From: an uncultured bacterium
GTDB lineage: Bacteria > Patescibacteriota > Minisyncoccia > UBA6257 > 2-01-FULL-56-20
DNA: 64,000 nt
Assembly: GCA_963807165.1 (NCBI GenBank)
Contig: CAWDZM010000001.1
Location: forward strand, 417,521 to 481,520
Direction of reading: 5' to 3'
Below the pieces are notes generated by a model. The model was not told the origin of the DNA. It was given only the letters and a program-made list of their open reading frames with translations, and ran no database searches. The translations under genes and the position numbers were made by a program. Of this stretch, positions 52,372 through 63,917 are shown one piece after another (the first letter of the stretch is position 1; every line of letters starts with the position of its first letter).

Positions 52372-54303
52372 CTACCAAATCTTTACACGATCACTATCCT
52401 CGCGATACAGCTTTTCGCCCGGCTTTACGTCAAATGCCTTATAAAATTCCAGCATATTGGAAAGCGAGCCATTCACGCGATACACACCGGGAGAGTGCGG
52501 ATCTGTTTGTATCCGCACTCGTAATGCTTCATCGCGAAGATTTTCACATTCTGTCACGGCGTAACTCGAAAAAAATCTTTGTGCTATAGCTTTATTGGCT
52601 TCCATCGCTACATCACCGCCAAGCGCTAATACCAAGCCATCATACGCGATAAGGAGACCCCCCAAATCAGCGATATTCTCACCCAGCGTAAGCTTTCCGT
52701 TCACATGCAAGCCGGGTAACGGCTCATAGGCGTCGAATTGTTCTGCGAGATGTGCGGTTTGTTTATCAAAACGCCCCTTGTCTTCATCAGTCCACCAATT
52801 TTGCAGATTGCCATGAGCGTCGAAGAGAGCACCCTTATCATCAAATCCATGGGTGAGTTCATGGCCAATGGTCGCACCGATGCCACCGAAATTAGTGGCA
52901 TCATCCGCAGCCGGGTCAAAAAATGGTGGTTGCAAGATCGCCGCAGGGAAAAGTATCTCGTTCATAGTGGGCGAATAACACGCGTTCACCACCTGCGGCA
53001 TCATATACCATTCCGTCCGATCCACCGGCTTCCCGATCTTTCTCATTTGCCGGTCGAATTCATCTATATGAGCTGCCAGATAATTCTGCAGATAGGAATC
53101 GGTGGCGATCGTAAGCGTAGTAATATCTTTCCACTTATCAGGATACCCTAATTTCCTGGCTATGTTCTCAAGTTTCGCGATCGCCTTTTGCTTGGTTTCA
53201 GGACTCATCCAATCCAACTTCTCGATACGCGTTCTATATGCCGCAGTAAGATGATCAACGAGTGTATTTATTTTGGCTTTCGCGCTCTCGCTGAAATGTT
53301 TTTCGACGTAGAGCTGACCCACTGCCTCATCGAGCATGGCATTGACCACACCAAGCACCCTCCGCCAGCGTGGCTTCATCTCTGTTGCGCCGCCGAACGT
53401 ACGCCCATAGAAATCAAACCATGCCCCCTCAAAATCCTCGCTCAAAAAATTAGCAAACCCGTTCAATACGTGCCATCGCAGATATGCCTTGATGTCATCT
53501 ATCGAACATTCCTCGAAAATAGCGTTAACTTCCTTTATAAATTCCGGTTGAAGCACAATTATGTATTCGGGAATCGGCACCTGCATACCCTCGAGATACT
53601 TTACCCAATCCACGCGCGGCGCAATCGCCGAAAGCTCAGCGAGCGTCATCTTGTGATATTGCTTTTCAATGTCACGCAATTCCACATGCGTCATTGATGC
53701 GCGGGCAAGGCGCACTTCGATGTCAACAAATTGCCGTGACACCGGTCGATATCCGACAATAACTGCCGAGAGCGCAAGCATTCCTTCTGTGTAGGATGTA
53801 TACTTCACGCGAATATCGCGACTTTTTTCATCATCGTTCAGATAATAATCTCTATCGGGCAAGCTCAAGCCATTTTGACCAAGATACAATACTATCGCTT
53901 CACTATTCTTCATATCTTGGTCAGCCATAGGTGCCCAGAAGGCACCTACTCCTCGCCGGTGCAAATATCCCAGCAATGCCCCGAGTCCTGCAATGTCGGA
54001 GGCTCCGTCAATCATGGCAAAAATATCTTTCAATGGGGCATCCTTTAAAGTATTCACTTTTTCAACATCCATGCCGGTCTGATAAAAATCTCGTACTTTT
54101 CTGGCATTTTCATCCAACACGATGCCAGGGGTATGATCCGTCTCCGTGATCCCATCAAAGATCTCCTTCAGCTGCTTTTCGACTTCGACCCGAAGTATAT
54201 TGAACGACCCCCATCGCGATTCTTCGGGCGGGATAGGATTCTCTTCGATCCACGTGCCGTTTACAAAATGAAAGAAATCATCCCCGGGTTTCATAGTAAT
54301 CAT
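52372..54303 (-). CDS. M13 family metallopeptidase (PepO-like)
   Basis: PGDDFF, VNACY, GHELTHGFD, GENIADLGG, DPHSP. Confidence 0.96.
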   Translation of the reverse strand: MITMKPGDDFFHFVNGTWIEENPIPPEESRWGSFNILRVEVEKQLKEIFDGITETDHTPGIVLDENARKVRDFYQTGMDVEKVNTLKDAPLKDIFAMIDGASDIAGLGALLGYLHRRGVGAFWAPMADQDMKNSEAIVLYLGQNGLSLPDRDYYLNDDEKSRDIRVKYTSYTEGMLALSAVIVGYRPVSRQFVDIEVRLARASMTHVELRDIEKQYHKMTLAELSAIAPRVDWVKYLEGMQVPIPEYIIVLQPEFIKEVNAIFEECSIDDIKAYLRWHVLNGFANFLSEDFEGAWFDFYGRTFGGATEMKPRWRRVLGVVNAMLDEAVGQLYVEKHFSESAKAKINTLVDHLTAAYRTRIEKLDWMSPETKQKAIAKLENIARKLGYPDKWKDITTLTIATDSYLQNYLAAHIDEFDRQMRKIGKPVDRTEWYMMPQVVNACYSPTMNEILFPAAILQPPFFDPAADDATNFGGIGATIGHELTHGFDDKGALFDAHGNLQNWWTDEDKGRFDKQTAHLAEQFDAYEPLPGLHVNGKLTLGENIADLGGLLIAYDGLVLALGGDVAMEANKAIAQRFFSSYAVTECENLRDEALRVRIQTDPHSPGVYRVNGSLSNMLEFYKAFDVKPGEKLYREDSDRVKIW

Positions 54304-54397
54304 AGTTATCCCATTATAGGGTAAAATATCCGGATACCAAAGCCATTGGCAAAGTCACATCAAGCGCGGTATACTCTTAGAAATAAAACTATTTATC

Positions 54398-54916
54398 ATG
54401 AAAAAATACATCATCGCAGGAGTGCTCGTGGTCGCGTTTGTCGCGTATCTTCTGTTTGCCAATAAAAACTCTACGCAGGTGGCAGCAGTAACGCCGCAAG
54501 GATCGCCCAGCACCACCGGGCCAACATCACTCCCGCCCACCAGCACCACGAGCGGCGCGGGGAATAACCCCCCAGCGAGCGACACTAGCAGCGGTGGCAC
54601 AACGACCACCCCACCAATAACAAAGCCGGCTGGCCAATATAAAGATGGCACCTATACCGGCACAGTCGCCGATGCGTTCTATGGAAACCTCCAGGCAGTC
54701 GCCGTCATCCAGGGCGGTGCGCTGGTAGATGTGAAATTCCCGCAGGCTCCGAGTGGCGGACACTCAAGCGACGTCAGCGCCGCGGCGTTGCCGGCACTCA
54801 GACAGGAGGCGATTGCCGCGCAAAGCGCGAACGTCAACATCGTTTCCGGTGCCACGCAGGACAGCCAGGCCTTCCAGCAATCACTCGGTTCAGCACTCGC
54901 CCAAGCAAAGAGCTAA
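54398..54916 (+). CDS. Membrane-anchored FMN-binding protein
   Basis: YKDGTYTG; flavinylation motif VSGAT. Confidence 0.92.
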   Translation: MKKYIIAGVLVVAFVAYLLFANKNSTQVAAVTPQGSPSTTGPTSLPPTSTTSGAGNNPPASDTSSGGTTTTPPITKPAGQYKDGTYTGTVADAFYGNLQAVAVIQGGALVDVKFPQAPSGGHSSDVSAAALPALRQEAIAAQSANVNIVSGATQDSQAFQQSLGSALAQAKS

Positions 54917-55662
54917 TGAAACAAACGCGGTTTATGATGGGAATGCCCATCACCGTCGAAATTATTGATCCGCGCACAACGGAGGAAATTTTTAATGAAG
55001 TTTTTAACTATTTCGCGCATATAGATGAAACATTCAGCACCTATAAGCCAGCAAGTGAGATAAGCGCGATCAATAACGGATCGCTCGCGCCCGGCGACGC
55101 GAGCGAAGAGATGCAACTTGTCCTCGCGATGTGTGAGGAAACAAAGCGCGAGACGAACGGCTACTTTGACATTAAAACTCCGGCTGGAAAGATCGATCCA
55201 TCCGGAATCGTAAAAGGCTGGGCGATCTGGAACGCGGCGAAGTTGCTTGAAAAGAATGGTTTTGAAAATTTTTATATTGATGCGGGCGGCGACATCCAAC
55301 CGCATGGCCATAATGCGGATGGCAAACGATGGGCGATCGGCATAAAAAATCCCTTCAATGAATTTGAGAATGTGAAAGTGATATATGCGAGCGAGGAAGG
55401 CGTTGCCACCTCCGGCACATACATTCGCGGATTGCATATCTATAATCCACGCGCAGGAAACGAACCGGTCAGCGGCATTATAAGCCTTACCGTAATTGGC
55501 CCGAATATCCACGATGCCGATCGCTTCGCCACCGCCGCGTTCGCCATGGGCGCAGATGGCATCAATTTTATCGAACAGCTCCCCGGCTACGAAGGATATA
55601 GAATAGATAAGAATAAGGTCGCGACCATGACGACGGAATTCGAAAAATATACCATCGCATAA
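54916..55662 (+). CDS. apbE: FAD:protein FMN transferase
   Basis: MGMP, DPSGIVKGW, DAGGDI, VATSG, ADRFATAAF. Confidence 0.93.
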   Translation: MKQTRFMMGMPITVEIIDPRTTEEIFNEVFNYFAHIDETFSTYKPASEISAINNGSLAPGDASEEMQLVLAMCEETKRETNGYFDIKTPAGKIDPSGIVKGWAIWNAAKLLEKNGFENFYIDAGGDIQPHGHNADGKRWAIGIKNPFNEFENVKVIYASEEGVATSGTYIRGLHIYNPRAGNEPVSGIISLTVIGPNIHDADRFATAAFAMGADGINFIEQLPGYEGYRIDKNKVATMTTEFEKYTIA

Positions 55663-55680
55663 TAGCGAAACAAAAAAAAT

Positions 55681-57186
55681 ATGAACTTCATTGACCGATT
55701 CCTAAACAACATCACGATGTATCGCCTCGTGATGTATTACCTCATAATCCTCCTCGCGATCGCGGCGATCTTTGGTGCAACGGGGATCCTGCCATACAAT
55801 CCGGTCGCTATCATTTTTTCCACGCTCTTCCTACTCATCATCGCCTGGGCGACGAACGGCATTCTCGCAAAATTGATGAGTGCCCAACCGAACACGGAAT
55901 CAGTTTACATTACCGCGCTCATCCTTGCCCTCATCATCACGCCGGGGATGCCGACTGATGTTTCAACGGTCATCTTCCTCGCATGGGCAGCGGTAATCGC
56001 GATGGCATCAAAGTACGTTTTCGCCATCGACAAAAAACATATCTTCAACCCTGCGGCGTTCGCCGTGGCCGTTACCGCGCTTGCGCTCAACCAATCGGCG
56101 AGCTGGTGGATTGGTGGCAATGTGCCGATGATGGCATTCGTGATCGTTGGCGGACTGCTCGTGCTCCGCAAGATCCAGCGCTTTGATCTGGCGCTCACGT
56201 TCTTTGTATTCGCCCTCGCAAGCGACGTTGTAACGCACCTGGCGTTTGATCCGGTCTCGACTATCCAAAAGGCCCTGCTTCACACCCCGCTCTTCTTCTT
56301 TGCCTCAATCATGATCACCGAACCGCTTACCACGCCGCCGACGCGGCGCTGGCGCATGATCTATGGCGCGATCGTCGGCGCGCTCTTCTCCCCCGCCATC
56401 GCCATCGCTGGGATCTCCTCATCTCCCGAGCTTGCGCTCCTCGTCGGTAATATATTTTCGTACATCGTCAGCCCGAAAGGAAAACGCGTGCTCACCCTCA
56501 AAGAAAAACAAACCGTCGGCGCCGACATTCATCATCTCGTCTTTACGACAGATAAGAAGCTAGCATTCCGACCCGGACAATATTTGGAGTGGACGCTTGG
56601 CGGCGGCACTCACAACGCCAGCTCAACCGACGGCCGCGGCAACCGCCGCTACTTCACCATCGCGTCGGCGCCGACGGAAGACACCATCCAACTCGGCATA
56701 AAATCCTATGAGCCATCGAGCAGTTTCAAAAAACAATTGCTTACAATGAAGCCTGGCGATACGATCATCGCGGGACAGCTTGCGGGAGAATTTACTCTGC
56801 CAAAAGATCCAAAACAAAAACTGGCGTTCATCGCGGGCGGCATCGGCATCACGCCGTTCCGTAGCATGGTAAAAGATCTCATCGATCGGGATGAAAAACG
56901 CGATGCGGTACTCTTCTATTCCAATCGCACCGCGAGCGAAGTGGCATACCGCGATATATTTGATGAGGCCGAAAGAAAATTTGGGATGAAAACAATCTAT
57001 ACCATGACCGATGGCGGCGACCGCCTCACGGCCGATATGATCAAAAAAGAAATCTCCGATTACGGGGAGCGTATGTTCTATATTTCCGGCACGCACGCGA
57101 TGACGAACTCGTTCCGGAAAACATTGCGCGAAATGGGCGTCTCTCTCGCGAATATTAAAACGGATTTCTTCCCAGGATTCGCGTAG
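55681..57186 (+). CDS. RnfD/NqrB-like membrane domain fused to an FAD/NAD(P)H (FNR-type) oxidoreductase
   Basis: SKY..HIFNPAAF, MITEPLTTP; RRYFTIAS, IAGGIGITPFRS. Confidence 0.9.
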   Translation: MNFIDRFLNNITMYRLVMYYLIILLAIAAIFGATGILPYNPVAIIFSTLFLLIIAWATNGILAKLMSAQPNTESVYITALILALIITPGMPTDVSTVIFLAWAAVIAMASKYVFAIDKKHIFNPAAFAVAVTALALNQSASWWIGGNVPMMAFVIVGGLLVLRKIQRFDLALTFFVFALASDVVTHLAFDPVSTIQKALLHTPLFFFASIMITEPLTTPPTRRWRMIYGAIVGALFSPAIAIAGISSSPELALLVGNIFSYIVSPKGKRVLTLKEKQTVGADIHHLVFTTDKKLAFRPGQYLEWTLGGGTHNASSTDGRGNRRYFTIASAPTEDTIQLGIKSYEPSSSFKKQLLTMKPGDTIIAGQLAGEFTLPKDPKQKLAFIAGGIGITPFRSMVKDLIDRDEKRDAVLFYSNRTASEVAYRDIFDEAERKFGMKTIYTMTDGGDRLTADMIKKEISDYGERMFYISGTHAMTNSFRKTLREMGVSLANIKTDFFPGFA

Positions 57187-57207
57187 TGCTCACCACGGAC
57201 ACAAAAT

Positions 57208-57753
57208 TTAATTTTCGGCGCCAACTCCCATGGGAGAAGATACTGAATACGAAGGAGTGACCTCTGAGCGAAGAGGAGGAAAAGAGGAGGGAATCACCCA
57301 ATCCCCCAATTCCTTCATAAACTCTTCGCGACGCTCTTCAATGCCAATCTCCTTAAGGTGCCACCGCGGACGACACTCCGGAGTATATTCATAATGACCA
57401 CACACCTCTCCATCCCTAAAAATGCGAATATGATATTGCCGCTCGAAGCTTTCGATCTTCCTTATCCCAATAATTTCCCCTTCTTCCCTCCATGCAATGA
57501 AATTATTTCCCCACCCGCGGGATTCCAGATATTTTAAGAATTCGGCAACATCCCTCCCCGGGGCAAGGGTGCCGAGCGTATAGTTGTGCCTGCTTTCATG
57601 ATGGAGTACCCCGACGTTCAACAAAAAGTCCCGCCCGTGATTATGAAAAGGGGTAATCAGCCTCCAGAACACATATTTCGACCGGTTATTTATCCCTTTT
57701 GGATACGGTAAGACCGAGTCAGGGATACTCCGCCTAAGGGCTATTTCGTCCAT
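57208..57753 (-). CDS. Hypothetical protein
   Basis: Clean 181-aa ORF with TGCTATAAT upstream; RQYHIRIF..GHYEYTPE. Confidence 0.75.
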   Translation of the reverse strand: MDEIALRRSIPDSVLPYPKGINNRSKYVFWRLITPFHNHGRDFLLNVGVLHHESRHNYTLGTLAPGRDVAEFLKYLESRGWGNNFIAWREEGEIIGIRKIESFERQYHIRIFRDGEVCGHYEYTPECRPRWHLKEIGIEERREEFMKELGDWVIPSSFPPLRSEVTPSYSVSSPMGVGAEN

Positions 57754-57838
57754 AAATTAGCAATAAATCAGATAAAAGCCTACGAAACCATTATAGCATA
57801 TCGGGGGAAATTGCACACTGATCGCCGCTCAAGAAATT

Positions 57839-58375
57839 TTAGCCGCTCAATTGGCATTCTCCAACCTTAACCCAGCTATCTGCCTCCCCCTCTGTTCGGT
57901 ATAAGAACACCTTATCTACGATGAATTTCATAGGGACTGGGAGCGACAACGATGCGATCGCTTCATTTTTATGAACGTATAAAGAACTCCCGTAGTACAG
58001 GCTTAGATGGGGAAAATAAATATTTACGTCCTGAATCCCAAAGATATTCAGCGCTTCCTGATGATAGCTTTTTAATTCGGGGCTGTACTCCGTCTTGCAG
58101 TACAGAGCACGAAAGTAAGCCTCTTCCGCACAAATGGTTTTCGGCTCGATTTCGAACGGCCTCATCATACCCGCAAGTTTTCGGGTTTTGATCATCAACT
58201 CTTCCTCCCCTGCCTTCGGGATCCTCGCTAATAAGGTGACGTGGGGTTCAAGCTTTATGCCGTCATACCGCTCGGCGAGGGTATCTATGATATCCTGCAA
58301 CTCGGTAAAAAGCTTTTTGGGCGGCAGGAAAAATAAATGATATCCGACGGTTTTACTGTCCTTGGGATCGAACAT
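57839..58375 (-). CDS. 2H phosphoesterase (cyclic phosphodiesterase-like)
   Basis: Two HxT/S motifs, PHVTL and PHLSL. Confidence 0.88.
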   Translation of the reverse strand: MFDPKDSKTVGYHLFFLPPKKLFTELQDIIDTLAERYDGIKLEPHVTLLARIPKAGEEELMIKTRKLAGMMRPFEIEPKTICAEEAYFRALYCKTEYSPELKSYHQEALNIFGIQDVNIYFPHLSLYYGSSLYVHKNEAIASLSLPVPMKFIVDKVFLYRTEGEADSWVKVGECQLSG

Positions 58376-58443
58376 CCTAAAATTCTAACATGTCATCCGC
58401 GTGGCATTGCCAGTGCTCGAGCAGAGTTCTGCTACCAGCTCCG

Positions 58444-61400
58444 CTACAACTGGCTCAGCCATGCCTTCGTAATCGGACCAAAGTATCCGCTTGCAGGCAT
58501 AATTCCTGCCTTCTCTTGCAATTCAATAAGTGCAGCTTTTGTGAAGGATCCAAAGTAACTGGTCGCCCCGATCGTGGCGAGCGTCTGGGCTGCAGGACCA
58601 GCATGCTGTGCAATAAGGAAAAGCTGGAGTTCGTATACATCCCCTCCTGTTGCGCCAATAGAGAGATCGCGTGCGAACGTAAACGAAGAAATCGTGGATG
58701 AGGCCTGCATTTCTGCTTCCGCCTCAAGCGCACGCAATTGGGATTCAAGAGATGCGAGGAGTGCTTCTGTCTGGGCAATCGTCATGCTCGTGGTACTCGC
58801 CGTTGTAGTAGCGGTGGAAGTGCTTGTGGTCGTAGTCGTAGTCGTAGCAACCGTGGTCGGCGCAACATATCCGCCCGATCCCCCGCTATTATTCACAACA
58901 GGAGCAGGCGTGCTGGAACTGCCGCTAGGAACAACGAGTGCGAAGGAAGAAAAATTCGAGGTAGGGAAAGAACAGATGCCTCCCGTCACCGTACAGCTCG
59001 TGAGGCTAGTCCACGTACCTCCCCCATCCTCGCTCTGATATGCCGAAAGCGTCTGACCGTTATATGAGGGACTGACCGCAATAGCAATCGTGGCTGGAGT
59101 ATTGAGGGCGATAGAAGTCGAAGCGAATCCATACTGCAAAGTACCGGCGATTCCGGAATTCGCAGGGAGGTTGGTAGTGGTAGCAATGGAAGTGCTCGCG
59201 ATGATTGTCGTAAAGTCAGCAGTCGAGGTGGTGGTCATCGTTGTGCTTGATGGAATACTCACCGTCGAGGAGCCGATATCTACCTGAACAGCATAGGGAA
59301 AGCTGAGTGCCGTCGTCGAGGTAACCGATCCCGCGGTCGAGGTAACGATCCCAGGGGCGACGAACGTTTGGAGGCTGGTGGTTGCGGGAAGGGTGTAATA
59401 CGGGAAGGAAATGGTGGCCGCATCGCTTGAATAGATGTTGGTGCTGGTCGCGTCCTTTACCCACGCGTAGAGAGGAGTCGACGTTGCCGCTACGGTAAAG
59501 GTGTATGAAGACGGAGTGGAAGTTACCCATCCCGGATCACTATAGGACGGAGTGCTGGATGATTGTCCCACATAATATCCTATAACTCCGCCGGGCCACG
59601 AGAATGAACCGATGGGAACGGTAAGCGCGGTTGACGTTGCCGGGACAGAAAAGAACGGCGATGACGTAGGCATAGCAGGAGCAATGATTGATGGTGACGA
59701 CGTACCGACACCATTCTGCGCGAACACTTCAAAGTCATAGCTTGTGCCATTAGAAAGAGCATTTATCGTAGACGTTGTCTGCGACGGAGTCGTCGTCGCG
59801 TAGAACGTGAACGTCGATGTTCCTGTAGGACGATCGTAAACAAGGTACTGCGACACTGCTAAGCCACCCGTCGAAGAAGGAGCTTTCCATGAAAGGAATG
59901 CCTGGCCGTTACCGGGGATAACCGAAAGGGTCGCAGGCCGCGTAGGAACGAGATCCGGAGTAACGCTATTTGACGCGGTTGATGAGGCGCCAGAACCGGC
60001 CGCATTCGTCGCGACAACGGTAAAGGTATATGGAGTATTGTCAGTAAGGCCGGTGATGTTGTGAATTGTGGTGGTACCATTTGCATCACCATCCACTCCT
60101 CCGGCGGGATTCGAGGTCACGGTATATCCGGTGATTACAGATCCTCCGGTGGAGGTCGGGGCAACAAAAGTCACATTTACGGAGGCATTGGTGTTCATTA
60201 CCGCTCTCCGGATGAGGCCGTTATATCGGTCCGTGATGAGAATATTATTTGCGCTATCAACCCCGATACCATCGGGACGATAAAATCGTGCAGCATCGCC
60301 CGTTCCGCTCGCAGCACCAAGCGTTCCGAGAAAACCCGCGATCGTCGTTACTACGCCGCCGGGGGTCACTTCGCGGATGGAATGATTTAACCAATCAGTC
60401 AGGAAAATGTTGTCATAACTATCTATTCCAATCCAGGAAGGGATATTAAAAATTGCCGCATTCCCCGTCCCGTCCACCCCAAGGGCACAATTCCCGGGTT
60501 GTCCTGCCACGGTAGTCACCACACCAGCGGGGGTCATTTTGCGGATGGCGCACCCGCCATCTTCGTCCGCAAAAAAGAGATTCCCCATACTGTCAAACGC
60601 AAGACCGGCGGGATGGCTAAGCTCAGCGGCAGTGCCCACCCCATCCACCTCCCCACAGTTATGATAAGAACCTGCTACAGTAGAAACCATCCCGGCCGGC
60701 GTGATCTTACGTATCGTGCACCCATCATAGCTCGACGTAAAAAGATTGCCAAAACGATCCATTACAACCGCATCGGGATTGTCGAATGTTGCCGTGCTGG
60801 TCGGACCATCCACCTCATAGCCAGGAACCTCACAGGTAGTATAATCCGCACCAACGCTCGGCACACCCGCCACGGTACTTACAGAACCATCCAATGCGCT
60901 GATTTTTCGGATAAGGCAATTTTGAGTATCGCCAACATAAATATTTCCAGCAGGGTCAATACCAACCCCAGAGGCGAAAAGAAACTCAGCAGTGCTTGAT
61001 GCTCCGTTGACATACCCATAAACCTCCGCTCCGGCGACTGTGGTCTCCACACCGCCAGGAGTCACTTTGCGAATATCAGCAGTATTTACATCCGACCAAA
61101 TATAATCGCCGGCACTATCAACCACTCCTGATTTTGGATTACAAATTTGCGCGGCGGCTCCCGTTCCATTCGCTCCAGTACTACAAGAGCCAGATCCAGC
61201 CAGTGTTGTTACTGTTGCTTTAGCATTACTAATACTGGCAGTCACGCCCGTGGGTATCCCCGGAGTAGTAAACGGCGTCGAAGATACTATATTTGACGGA
61301 CTAGAACTTCCAATGCCATTCTCTGCAATGATCTCAAAATCATAGCTTTGACCGTTCGTCAGCGCAGAAATAGTGGAGGTTGTTTTTGAAGTGGTGGTAG

Positions 61401-61663
61401 TTGCGATCTGGACAAAGGTAGATGATCCCGTAAACCGGTCGAGTACATCGTATTGAGTGAGGCCCGAACCTCCGGTGGATGAAGGCACGGTCCACGAAAG
61501 AGAGACTGCGGCGTTGGTAGACGTCGCAGTAAGTGAACGCGGTGCGGTTGAGGTCGTCGCGGCATGAGCCGAAGCGGCTATAAAAGAAAAAGAACAGCAA
61601 AATTGAAAACAGGAATAGCGATTTGAATAAACCTGCCGTCCCAAATTTATTTTCAATTTTCAT
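58444..61663 (-). CDS. Large surface protein: FN3 domains, NHL-repeat propeller, C-terminal peptidoglycan-binding domain; frameshift in the signal-peptide region
   Basis: LSWTVP..Y.F...A.N..G repeats; DGxGxAA.F..P.G...D..GN repeats; GYFGPITKA. True ATG probably 61663. Confidence 0.88.
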
Positions 61664-61770
61664 ACAATAAGTATAGCAGATTCTATGGGGGGGATTCTGC
61701 ATTGGGAAAAATCTATCACGTGAGGTATTCGTTCATTGCTTTTAGCCCCGGAAAAAGCTACTCTTCGGAG

Positions 61771-62258
61771 ATGAACAAGTTTAAGAAGCCATATGGCCCA
61801 CGCACGAGCAACAGTCGTCCGGGAACAGGAGCGCGATTGGGAGCTCGGCCGACGGGACGTACGAGCTATGGCCCTGCACGTCCACGGACAACCAGCCCTC
61901 GCGATGCACGCACCTACCGCAGCGCCCGCAGTGGAGGCGAAGCATTTCCAAAAATTCGACGCGGTGTGCAGCAACTGCGGCAAAAAGTGCCAGGTCCCCT
62001 TCCGCCCCGATGGCGAGAAGCCGGTGTACTGCAAAGATTGTTTTGGCGTGCCGCGCGAGGCGATGGCAGGAAAGAAAAAATTCTCTTGCGGCGACAGCGG
62101 CAAGCTTTGGCGCCCCCACACACTTCAACACTCCGGCAATGGGTAGCGCTCCGGCGGGTGGCAAGAGCATCGCCGACCTCACGCGCCAGATCGCGGCGAT
62201 GAATACCAAGATTGATACGATGTTGAAGATTTTACAAGAAGGCGGCGAAGAGGAATAA
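61771..62258 (+). CDS. CxxC-x17-CxxC domain protein (apparently frameshifted)
   Basis: AVCSNCGKKCQVPFRPDGEKPVYCKDCF; basic N-terminus and coiled-coil C-terminus lie in other frames. Confidence 0.8.
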
Positions 62259-62291
62259 AAAGCACCGCGTTGGCGCGGCGCGACCATCACT

Positions 62292-62859
62292 ATGCAAATC
62301 AATTCGGCAAAATTTATGCGGGGCGTAAACGGCACCGACGAACTTTTGGCTGACGGCACGCCGCAGGTGGCACTCATTGGACGATCGAACGTGGGCAAGT
62401 CGAGTATCATCAACTCGCTTACCCGAGCAGAAAAATCTCGCGCGCACGAGCGACACGCCTGGCCTCACACAGGAAATCAACGTCTACTCTATTAATAATA
62501 AATTTTATCTGCTTGATCTGCCCGGATACGGATTTGCAAAAGTCCCTGAACGGATCCGCGAGAGCCTGCAGAAATTAAACTGGTGGTATCTTTTTGATTC
62601 GGATCACATTCAGCACCACGCCGTGCTTGTGCTCGACGCGAACGTCGGGCCGTCGAAGAACGATCTCGAAATGCTGGCGCTCCTGCGCGAACATCAAAAA
62701 CCGATCGTCATCGTGGCAAACAAGATCGATAAAATAAAACCATCTGAGTACGATGCGCGGCTGGCGGCGCTTACCGACCTTGCGCACGGCGCGCCGGTCA
62801 TCCCCTATTCTTCAAAGACCGGTAAGGGCGTGGAGGCGTTGGTAAATGCAATATTTTAA
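62292..62859 (+). CDS. engB: Ribosome biogenesis GTPase EngB/YihA (apparent frameshift near 62425)
   Basis: GRSNVGKSS, then LARTSDTPG, DLPGYG, NKID in a second frame. Confidence 0.92.
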
Positions 62860-62885
62860 AACAAATTTTGTATAATTAAATAACT

Positions 62886-63380
62886 ATGACTACAATCGCC
62901 GAAGATAAAAAAGAAGTTGTGTTCTCGCGCGTTTTTGACGCAACGCCGGAACGCGTATGGAAGGCATGGACCGATCCGACGGAGGTCGCCAAATGGTGGG
63001 GGCCGGACAATGTCAGTATCCCGGAATGCAAAATAGACCTACGCGTGGGAGGAAGAATCTATATCGTTATGGAGGCAGGCGAAGCGATGGGGCAGTACAA
63101 AGGCACACGATGGCCGATGGACGGCACATTCACGCTTGTGGAACCACACACAAAACTTTTCTACACAACCAAAGCCTGGACCGAAGGCGCGGAAGAAACC
63201 ACGCAGATCGATCAGACTGCGGAACTTCTCTTAACTGATGATAATCGCAAGACCAAGATGGAATTGAAGATCACCGTCAATAAAGTTGGGCCGGATGCCG
63301 GGATGGCGATACAAGGTATGCAGTTCGGATTCAACCAACAGTTCGATAAACTCACCGCATTTCTGGCAAAGACGAATTAA
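62886..63380 (+). CDS. SRPBCC/AHSA1-like domain protein
   Basis: SRVFDATPERVWKAWTDP..WWGP, DLRVGG. Confidence 0.9.
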   Translation: MTTIAEDKKEVVFSRVFDATPERVWKAWTDPTEVAKWWGPDNVSIPECKIDLRVGGRIYIVMEAGEAMGQYKGTRWPMDGTFTLVEPHTKLFYTTKAWTEGAEETTQIDQTAELLLTDDNRKTKMELKITVNKVGPDAGMAIQGMQFGFNQQFDKLTAFLAKTN

Positions 63381-63790
63381 TGCCAGGCTCCTAAAATCGC
63401 GCCCATCACCACGATGCAGGCGAGAAAAGAAATCGAATCAAAAAGCCAAAGCTTCCAGTATTTCTTCATCCATATAACATCAATAGCGGTCCACATCGCC
63501 GTGAATCCTAACCAAAGCCATGCACCAATGATCGCGCCTTTATACCAGGTCATCGGGCCCATGATGGATGAATACGAAGCAATCCAAATCATCATTGAAA
63601 GCACCGAAGCGCATACGATGTTCGTCAGAAAATTCCAGAACATCGGCTTTAACATATCCTTGAAATTCGGGTTCTCGGGCATAGTCACCTTAGCCAGCCG
63701 CATCCACGTCTTTCCGAAAAGAGGCCCGTGGAACAGAAAGCCAATAATAAAACATCCGATTGCGGAAACAAAGATAGAGAATATATTCAT
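63377..63790 (-). CDS. DUF1761-like membrane protein
   Basis: IGFLFHGPLFGKTWM, WLGF; four TMs. Confidence 0.82.
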   Translation of the reverse strand: MNIFSIFVSAIGCFIIGFLFHGPLFGKTWMRLAKVTMPENPNFKDMLKPMFWNFLTNIVCASVLSMMIWIASYSSIMGPMTWYKGAIIGAWLWLGFTAMWTAIDVIWMKKYWKLWLFDSISFLACIVVMGAILGAWH

Positions 63791-63832
63791 CTTTTTATTA
63801 TATCAAATAGTGGATGCAAGCATTTTAGTCAG

Positions 63833-63917
63833 CGGAGAAGGAGGGATTCGAACCCTCGGTACCTTGCGGTACACAGTCTTTCCAGGACTGCCGTTTAAAC
63901 CACTCACGCACCTCTCC
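63833..63917 (-). tRNA. tRNA-Ser(GGA)
   Basis: Long variable arm, loop CT-GGA-AA, G73. Confidence 0.96.
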
